The notes under the pieces: generated by a model
What the model was told of the DNA's origin: nothing
The model's database searches: none
Seen by the model: only the letters and a program-made list of their open reading frames with translations
Assembly: GCA_050084515.1 (NCBI GenBank)
Contig: CM114271.1
Span: 46,252,001-46,316,000 of the forward strand
From: Blasia pusilla
Lineage: Eukaryota
Length of the DNA: 64,000 bases
Direction of reading: 5' to 3'
Translations under genes and position numbers: made by a program
Shown here: positions 54,701-64,000 of the stretch, one piece after another
How the letters are laid out: each line of letters opens with the position of its first letter
Position numbering within the stretch: position 1 is the stretch's first letter

Positions 54701-56698
54701 TACCAATAAATCCAAGCAGCTGTCCAGTCCTTCAAGACACAATAGAGCAGGCCAGGACGTCCGGGTTGTTCCTTTCATACACTGGAAGAACGTGGAGCTC
54801 GATGGCAACATGCAAGGGCTTATAGTGATGAGCAATAAGGTTGTCCAAGGGAAAGCAGACATGGTGGACTTCCTCGGAGAACTAACGTCGGTTCTCAACT
54901 TCTTAGTGAATGTCTGCACTCGCAACGTAGATCAGCTCGTTGAGTCCATCGAGAGTCAGTCAGATGGTGCTAACACAAGAGAGAAGGAAGAGGCTCTCAG
55001 GAGAGTTCGCTCTGAGAAGGCTGCTCTAGAATCTCACATGCGAGCTGAAATGAGCCGTTTAGCGGGTATAGAGGGAGAATTAGAGACGACCAAGAGAGAA
55101 AAAGCAGAATTACAGAGATATTTGGACGATGCTAATGAAAGGCTGGAAGTGACAATGAAGCAGTTGAGGGAAGCCGAGAAAGTTGCCTCTGAAGTTCATG
55201 GCTCGCAACAACACATAGAAAATGAGCTACATGAGTTGTCTACCTCTAAGGCAGAACTGGACAGGGAAATGCTCACTCTGCACAAGAAAATAGCCAGCCT
55301 CGAAGGGGAACTACAAGCAGAGAGACGACGACATCAAGAGGTTGTGAGCAAGTATCACGATCTCCAGCAACAAGTTCACAAGTAAGGACTTGATTTTGTC
55401 GTCTATTCACTTGCCAGACATAGTGAAGTATGAGGAACGGAGGAATGTCAACTTTGCGTTTGGAGTACTGACGGAGGATGTCCTGATCGGTGGACTCTAA
55501 CTTAATTATCTCCTCCTGCAATCGATGTGCAGTGTCGGAAGTGATAGCTCTGCTGGCTCGTTGACAAGGGAGGGTGATTGGCGACATCAATCTGTTGACG
55601 ATGGAGATCTCCGCTTGCGAAAGGTCGGAAGCTGAAACTGTGTCCGACCAAGTGTATATAAGTCCTCATGGCACGGGTTTTGTTTCTTTCTTCATGACGG
55701 CCACGGGCCTTAGCATTGTTTTCTCATGATGACTATCTCGTCTAGGATTTTGCTTGGACATCGATTTTCTGGAACCCCCTAATTCGACTCAGGACCCGTC
55801 ATATTTGCAAGCGTCCTTTGTGGAGAGATTCCCGGGATCACGATAAGTTCACTTGTCGAGGCATTTGATTGCAGGGAATATAGAGACAGTATCTCGTTAT
55901 TTCACTTCAGAAATCACTTCACTAACAGGTTGTTCCAATCTTCAGGAGCGGGAGATATCTTCTGCGGCAGAGAAGCTCGCTGAATGTCAACGCTCCATTC
56001 TGGATCTAGGAAAGCAGCTCAAAGCCTTAACTTCACCTCGCGAATCCCTGGATGTGTCTTATGAGTCTGATACTGCATCTTCCATCGACAGAATCACTCT
56101 TAATGGCGGTCATCGCGCCATGCAAATGCAGCCCGAAGAAAGCCAATCGGAAACGAACGGGAACTCTGAGAAGCACGAGCGTACACCGTCCGGCGGGTCC
56201 AGAGAAGAGAGCACTCCATGGAGCACCCCTAGAGGGAATTCGATCTCAGGCAGTCCATTTGTTGATAGGAGAAGAAGTCCAAGCCCCAGTCCTCCTCAGG
56301 TAAACCTGGGAGCAGCTTCGAACGGCCACCACCATCCAAGCCCTGTTTACACTAGACTGTCTCAGGATTTCAAGCAGGCCAATGGATTCCATTCAGGAAA
56401 CGGGGCCAATGGCAACGGCGTCAGCAATGGTGCGGGAAGCTATCACTATGGAAGTCCCATGGCCGCGCCAGCTCCCTCAGAATTCTCTCTTGTGGGATCT
56501 CTCTCTGTACCAGCCTCTCCTGCGAGATCTCCAGCATCCGCCTTGCCTTTTAGACCTCGTGGTACGAGCCCTATGAGGTCGGACTTCTCGAACTCGTCGA
56601 GTAGTGGAAATGGCACCAAGGAAGCGGACTCTGAGTCGAGTACGACGAGCTTCAGTAGGTTTTATGCAAGAACCAAGAGCAGCAGCCGTTCAGACTGA
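51775..56698 (+). CDS. FPP: Filament-like plant protein (long coiled-coil FPP family), 5 coding exons, about 1187 aa
   Basis: join(51775..51900,52188..52368,52969..55381,55533..55623,55946..56698) = 3564 nt, all introns GT-AG and phase-consistent. FPP motifs: KRSWPWKKKS, KQHAKVADEAVTGWEKAEAEA, LDGALKECMKQLR, KLEAECQRLRILVRKKLPGPAALAQMK, LMDDFAEMEKLA, AAEKLAECQRSILDLGKQLKAL. Confidence 0.93.
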
Positions 56699-59600
56699 GT
56701 GGTGGGTCGCTCAACTTCAAAATTGAATATGGTGCTTTTATCCGACATAGGGAGAGAGGGCCTCTCAACGCTTCAGCCTCTCCGAACTACCTACTATTCC
56801 GAGAGCAATGATTCATAGTTTCCAACCTCGTGAAGGATGAGAACATTGTAGATAAATTTGGAGCCTTATCGAGAAAGGTCAGTTCGGTTAGTGAGTCCTG
56901 GCTACCCTACCCCGGGCACATCTCGTTCCTTATTCCATCGCAGGAGGCCTCGGTTAAGTGCCTATCACGAGATTCATGGAGTCGAAGGTTAGCTACGTCA
57001 CCGAGAGCTCGATGACCGGCGACGACGGCCCCCGATAAAGCAACCATTCACTCATCTGGTATGTCTCTGGACTCGGTTATTCCTCCTCATGTCATAGCAG
57101 TCGATTCGGGGGAGAGCAATGGCATTTCAAGCACACGCCGCTCCTCCTTCACACGAAGCGATCCATAGCGTGGGATGTACTACGGTTATCGAAGAAGACC
57201 TGACCTCACACCAACTCCTCGACCCCTCGACCTCTTGTCAGCAGCTCGGTTGCTCATGGGGATTTGAGTGCCAATGCGCAGCATGTAAGACGTCGTAGGG
57301 TTCAACGTCGTTGCAGAGAATGTGGCTGCCGTCAGTGGCAGCGAAAGCCAGATGCTGTGGAAGGGAGAGCCACGACGGATGACAAGGAATTCACTTCGAC
57401 TCCTGGGGCGGAGTTTTGGCCATGCGTGTAGGGGCATAGACTATAGGGTTAGTCCTTGGGGCTTCCGATTTTTCAGTTACTGGAAAGAACACTGTATATT
57501 TGAAGTTAATGTGAAGTCATGTACCCGGATCTACACAGGTCCGTGTACTTTTTAATGAACTTGTGAATTAAATATCGATAGAGATCAGTCTGTAAAGGGT
57601 AGTGGAGGAGATTGGGAAGATTTAGTTTGACAGTCTCTTTTAACTTCAACTTTTTACTTCCAGTTTAGCAAAAACCTGGTCTTCACGGGTCTCCTTAAGA
57701 GGAACATCCCAGGAGCGACAGATGAGCCTTCTCGTTTTGTCTCCGATCTGTTCTTGGGCATTGTGTAATGTGTAATCCTATCTTTCATACTACGGAAGAT
57801 GACTAAGCAATGACGATTTTCAGTTGTGATTGTCGATCCCCACTTTCCGTTGTGATTGTTCCTGTTGGATTACACACCTGTGAACAGTGTGAAGCTTCGT
57901 ATGCATGGAGGTTATGGGCTGCTAGATACTCCACGAGCCCGTGAGGAAACTGCTTCTAGACTCGACGGCACGTGATCGCGTAGAACTCGCACTAACAATA
58001 CTCTTTCTCCGCAACATCCTACGGCGGTTTTCTGATGTGCGTGGGATTGTGCATCTACTTTCCAGTACGAATATCACTCATCTGCCAGCATTTTTAACCC
58101 ATCTGGACGGGGGAACGTAATCTGCCCAACAAACGGGATTTTGCAACTCGAGCTGACGCGACTCTCTGTGCTTGGACAACGCGTGAGGGTGCCCCCTTCA
58201 GCGATTCCGGATTGTACCAACAGTAGCGGCCGCCCACTCTCAATGGTGTCCATGCCAATGGTCCGATGTCTGTTGGGAATTTCCAAGCGCCGCTGCTTGG
58301 AAATTGTGGTTTACGCCCAACTTTGAGCGGCCTGAACATATGCGTAAAAGAAAAAACAGGAGGCATATGAAAGTGGGCACAAATCGTCTTAGGCAAATCA
58401 TACCTACACTATTAAAAGTAAAAGACGGCGGGGTTTCAGGCGAGAGCCTCCTTCAAGACGGCTCGACAACTTGACACTTGTCCCTCCACGAGGCCCCCAA
58501 GAATGACACATGTTGATTTCTGGTTCATGACTTCAACCCGCGTCTCTCACATTATTATACCATATGTCATTGTTGTACGAGTGACAACAATGATATTTGG
58601 CCGTTTGAGGTATTCAAACTATGTATTCGGTAGCCGTTTTTAACAATTAAAGTAGAGTAGTGGAGCTGGCGGGGACAGTTGGGATTTCATTGCACCATAT
58701 CTAATTTGAAACCCAAATCCGATTTGAAATGGAGCCATTTGGGCACTTTGGGGGTCTCAAAGGCAAGTATTTAAGCACTAGGGCAGGTCTTCAAATGCTT
58801 TCATGCAACTTTCAACATTAAGATAGTTGTTTACATTGTGAAAAGGTGAGGCTTGGATTTCCGTGTTTTCGTAAGGGTATGAAATGAAGCGTACAAGCGT
58901 TTGTTTCACGCTTCATGCATCAGTTCTATTCTTAGTTGTATATTCTCCACGTTTTCTTACCTACTACTATCTGTACATCTCTAAGTAGAAGCAGAGTTAC
59001 ACAACCAATCTGCCCACCGAGCTTTACATGATTGCACTAGTACATCGAGAGCGGAGGAATGCGTTCAAGACATCCAACATTGTAAGTTCCCTCCACATGC
59101 GCTCTCCATCTTGATAGTCTCCTTCCATGCATCGTACCCTAGAAGCCTGCAAAACCGGCAAGGCAAGTATATAACACATTTCTAACAATATTTCTTCATT
59201 GTACACAACTGAGCTGAGCATAAGAAAGGTGAGATGACTCTAAGATGTACAACTATGAAGTCTACACAAGCAAAGGGAAGGAATGCACTCAAGAAAGAAA
59301 CTTACCTTTCAAGTTCAAAGAAATACTATGGAGTTAAGCCAGCGGATATTCCACCGTCGGAGAGACCATCGTGGTCTCCGATTTCTCAAAACGACTCGAT
59401 AAGGTTTGACTCGGGTCCGAAAGAAACATGCAAGGTCAACTGAGAATGGGGGACCATGTTGGGCTATGAGAGCGAGCCAAATTATGGGGATGCAAAAAGG
59501 GATTCTCTCCTCAAAACCTCATGAGGAGCAACCTCCAATCCATGAATGATTTCCTAAGGGGACAAACACATTGTTACCCACTTCTCATCCGTGATACGCG

Positions 59601-60358
59601 GCATTGTTAACAACTATTCATTTGTGAAAAAGTGCTCTTCCATGTGGAAATTTGTGTCCATCTATAAAAAGTCCCTTGATCAAGCGGGATAGCGACTTGA
59701 AAAACCTTGTACAGTCGGTTGAGTTTCATGTGCAGCCTAAATTAAAGCGACCTCCAAATAAGGATCCAAAGCCAAGCAAAAGACCCAATAATATTAACTC
59801 AGAAGAGTACATTCCAGAGCCAGTGAGGCTTAAGGATATGAAGATGCGAGTTGACGATCATATTCAAGGCGACAAGCACATTGGACAAGACTCTACTAGC
59901 AGTTCGAGTAGGAGTAGACAAAAGATGCCAAGGCTAGCTAGAAACAAAGGAGACCAATGCAAGTGAGCGTTGCCATCAAAGTTAGAGTGTAAACTTATCT
60001 ATAAGGTTCTACATCTAATCTAGACGATATGTTCTTAATTTGTGTGCATGTGATTTTCCCTGTCCGCACTCTAAAACGTGTCGAAAGCGCTCCCAACCCT
60101 AACCCAAACACTCACCAAGCCCAAGTGTCTCCCACTACGGCCACGTTGGGAGTTCTACCCAACCTGGAAAAAACCCAATTTGCCCTCCCCAATAGAAAAA
60201 TTCCAATGAATCTCATGTGACTCTCTCTTCATGGCGCAAGGAGAGGGCGCGGGAGTCCAAGTTCCTAAGACAAGGCGCGCAAGGGTAGGAGCCGGCTTAT
60301 AGTCAGGAAATGAGCACAAACCAACAAAGAAGGAGGAGCAAAAAGACACCAAGCCTAG

Positions 60359-61127
60359 TTTCGTGCGCATACACATCGCTACACAATATACATCGCTATC
60401 ACCGAACACACACATAAACATGCACGATCCCATGCTAACTCATCGCATCCAAACAACGAGACAAGAAGTACTAAAATATCTCCAATACAGTAAGATCCAA
60501 TCTCTTTCTACACCATCTCACACCATAGCTCTCAAAGGTGTGCACTCTCTCTCATGTCAAACCAAACCCAGTCTCCTAATGAGAGGCTTGGGTTACACTC
60601 ACAAGGCAAGGGACCATAGCTTCGCCGCCTCATGCCAAGAGGTTCAACAAAGAGAGAATGAGCTCTCAAGCTTTCTCTCCTTGAGGTATACCCCTCCCCT
60701 CTCCCAAGCTCTCTCCATGGTAACCTATTCTCCCAAATCACCTCCTTGGCTCTTGAATTGATGTAGGAGGTCAAGGGCCACTTACCAAACATAGAAAGTT
60801 GATCATATACTCAAAATGGTACTCACCTAAAATAGTAAGTTTCTCAATATTGCTCCAAATGAGCCGAAACGAAGGGGAAACCTGCTCTCTCAGGTTTCTC
60901 GGGGCCTCAACAAGTCATCCTTGACCTACTGAGCGTGTCCTCCACTACTCAAAAAGGTGCTCTAATAGATCTCACCGATATATCCTAAAAGACGTGATAA
61001 TTGTTGTGCGCATACACATCGTTATACAACATACATCGCTGTCACCGAACACACACACAAACACGCACAATCCCATGCTAACTCATGGCATCCAAACAAC
61101 CAGACAAGAAGTACGAAAATATCTCCA
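60359..61127 (-). repeat. A-B-A split terminal repeat of E3
   Basis: 126-bp direct repeats 60359-60484 and 61002-61127 flank B. Confidence 0.9.
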
Positions 61128-61314
61128 ATCGCCCCCCTAGCTGGTGCTTAGGTCCCTCTAACTCCAGATAGCCATCTATTCCTTCCTACCATGACATACA
61201 TCTCTCGGACACTAAGAGCAAGAAGGCCGGGTGCTCATGTGGGCCCATCATTAGTCGCCTTCTTGTCATCCATGTCACATAAAAAGTCAGAATTGAAACC
61301 TGCCTAGTATCTCC

Positions 61315-62740
61315 TCTATGTACATCTAGGACACATCCATCTTCCTTGAGGAACCCTAGTGAGAGGTGGCGTCAGACATGCCATATGCCAACCTCTCGAA
61401 CATCCATCAGAGACTAGCATCATGGCCGCTCTACGGGCAGGGTACCACACAACATACAACGCAAGCCTACATGAACTATTGCTAAGCTCAGATCTACTGT
61501 ACCATCAATGTTAGGAAGGTGACATGGCGCACAATTACGCACATGGTCCTTCCATACCATACCATCGCGTCCCTCCAGCAAGAGAACACCGGATGGCAAA
61601 ACGTCACGCACTCTCAGGATAGTGCGCCCTGCAATCACATCCAACGTCGTCACTGTCGTCTGCTGCAAGTAGACGTAATCTTCCTGATGAAACCTCCGGA
61701 TAGTTGGTCGATAACCACCACCCCGAATAGTCGCATACCTCAACGTATCCGGATGTTGCGCAATCGCCAAGTTCTCGAACGCCATGGGCATCACTCTCTG
61801 AAACAACTCAGCCCTCTGAGAACATGCTCGTATCCATACATCTAGGTCATCAAGGTCCAGCACTTCACCAGCATCTCGACGAATGGCCGCAGGTAAATCT
61901 GGCTCTTGGCCATAAAGTAGCAAGTACTATGAAAAAGACACTAAGGATGCCTGCTTGTTGAATCTGTATCCCATCGCCAACCAGTGCAATTGGAGGTCCC
62001 AATCTCTTAGGTGACCTCTCTGCAAGCCATACTTGCGTAAACCCCTCTTCACCGTCTGCACAACTCTCTCCGCTAATCCATCCGCCTCGGGATGATCTCG
62101 CGAAGTCATGCGATGGTCGATCAGCGCCTGATCACACAAGGCTTGGAACTCACTTCGAAACTGAATACCCTGGTCTGTCAACACCTCAGCCAGTGCGCCA
62201 TAATGACTCATCACTCTATCAAGGAAGGTATAAGCTATTCCCTTACTTGCTTTGTCAGGCAATGCAACCAACTCGATCCACTTCGAGAAGTGCTCGACCA
62301 TCACCAACACGACTGTGACGCTCCGTCAAAGGCAAAAGTCCTGCAAAATCTAAACTCCATCTATACCCTAAGCCCATGATCGGTAATGGATGCAACTGTG
62401 GAGTTAGAGCATTGAATGATGCTCGGAACCAATCACACACCATGCACATGGCAAAAAACTGGTGAACGTCAGTCTGCATGCCTCGCCACCAAATCTGAAT
62501 CTGGAGCAAGCAGTACGTCCGCTTCACCCCAAAGTGACCCAACTCCTCATGGGCATGCTGCACTAGTCGTGCTCTATGCAAAGGATGCGGCACTATGCGT
62601 ACTCTTCCATCCTCCCAAACCCTCAAAACATGTGTCCCCTCCCAACGGAACCGTCTGGCCCGCTGTAGGATCCGATTCCGCCACGGTGCTCGCAAGGCTT
62701 CCAGTACGAAGGTACTCCAAGACTACTCCATCATCATGAA
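61315..62740 (-). pseudogene. E3 integrase plus PHD finger, frameshifted
   Basis: HAHEELGH...CMVC; WSLDFAG; VLTDQG; HPEADGLAERVVQTVKRGL; CMLCG...GCSRGWHMACLTPPL...WMCPRC. Confidence 0.92.
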
Positions 62741-62993
62741 TATCTCGGCCATCTGTCGTCTCCTCATTGGCCTCGGGATCCAAGGACTCTCTACTAGACC
62801 TCGCCATCAAAGTCTCCACACTCTGGCTCTCCATAGCCAACATGCCTAAATAGGTTGACGTGTGCCATCCTGGCAGTGACTCCTCATCACTCTCTCCATG
62901 CCATCGAGCTCCAGTCGCATCTCGCTGACTCGGGCATGGGTTACGACTCAACCCATCTGCATCCTGGTTGAGCGTCCCAGGTCTATGTACCAG

Positions 62994-64000
62994 CTAAAAA
63001 TCATACTCTTGCAACAACAAAGCCCATCTCGCAAGCTTCCATGTAAGCTTGTCGGACTCCATCAACCACTTCAGTGGTTGATGATCAGTGATGACGGTAA
63101 AGGGATTTCCGAATAAGTAACACATGAAATGCGCGACAACCCACACTGTAGCCAAGCACTCACCCTCATACAAGCTATACTTTGCCTCTGTAGCATTGTT
63201 TGAGCGGCTAGCGTAAGCCACCACGAACTCTCTACCCTCATCATCATGCTGGGTGAGCACCGCTCGAAGCCCCAACATGCTCCAATCTGTGTGCAACTGG
63301 AAAGGACGCCTCCTGATTGGTCTCCTCAAGATGGACGCGAACGTTAACCTGTCCTTGAGCAACTGAAATGCTCGTTCCTACTCACCCCCTTGTACAACTC
63401 GTGATCCACCTTGGTCAGCAAGGTCAGCGGCTTTGCAATCGAACTGAATCCCTTGACGTACCACCGATAGAAGTTCTCCAATCCCATGAATGCGCGAACA
63501 CGGCTCACATCTGTAGGGCATGGAATGCATGAGATAGCCTCTACCTTTGTTTGTTGAACACCAAGGCCCCATGGGTATATTGTATGACCAAAGTACTCAA
63601 TCTGGTCGTAGAAGAACTTGCACTTGCCTTGATGTAGCTTCAGCCCATGTAATTGCAATCGTCAAAACACCTCCTCTAGATGTCGCTCATGCTCCTCAAC
63701 CGTGGCGCTAAAGACTACGATGTCATCAATATAACACCTAGCAAAATCCAAACCAACCAAGATCCTATCCATGACCCTCTGAAACTCATCCGGGGCATTC
63801 TTTAACCCAAATGATAAGAACCGCCTCTGTAACAAACAATCCTTCCCGTGAGGATCGATGCCCCAAAATGCCGTCTTCTGCCTGTCCTCCAATCTGATAG
63901 GCAGCTGATGGTATCCAAATCGCAAATCCAATGAACTAAAAACCTTTCCATGACCAATCGCATCAAAGATCTCCTCAGGGGTGGGCATGGCATACCTATC
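62994..64000 (-). pseudogene. E3 RT and RNase H, frameshifted
   Basis: DLRFGYHQL; FGLKNAP..FQRVMD; CYIDD; FQLHTDWS; TDHQPLKWL. Confidence 0.93.

Larger units (their letters stand above)
60359..64000 (-). mobile_element. Ty3/gypsy retrotransposon E3 (same family as E2), 3' half; continues beyond the window
   Basis: RT (YIDD), RNase H, integrase and PHD; PPT 61129-61138; A 61002-61127, B about 60486-60999, A' 60359-60484. Confidence 0.93.

Noticed and set aside
52965-55590. Antisense ORFs over FPP, and similar ones over the TE ORFs
   Set aside because: Shadow frames of real coding sequence.
58990-60358. LTR-like sequence flanking E3
   Set aside because: No second copy, defined termini or TSD in the window.

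Overview
Repeat-rich eukaryotic DNA, most likely from a non-seed land plant (inferred from the gene and transposon types). It holds one clear host gene, a 5-exon filament-like plant protein (FPP) gene of about 1187 aa at 51775-56698 (+). It also holds three Ty3/gypsy retrotransposon insertions (E2 1-1060 +, E1 19159-28931 -, E3 60359-64000 -), a CRE-like non-LTR retrotransposon with a restriction-like endonuclease (about 37550-41760 -) plus a 5'-truncated copy (33474-34064 -), and many decayed repeats. The most unusual signal is in the gypsy elements. The complete one (E1, flanked by a TACG target-site duplication) has split direct repeats, B-internal-PPT-A-B-A, instead of two identical LTRs, and the other two show the same PPT-A-B-A 3' end. 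This layout equals a 2-LTR circle reopened at an internal GACA-A(T)T-TGTC site. E1 also encodes a DNMT3-like cytosine methyltransferase between protease and RT and has a Tf1-type self-priming PBS, and all three elements carry a PHD finger after integrase. All calls are by eye; no searches were run.
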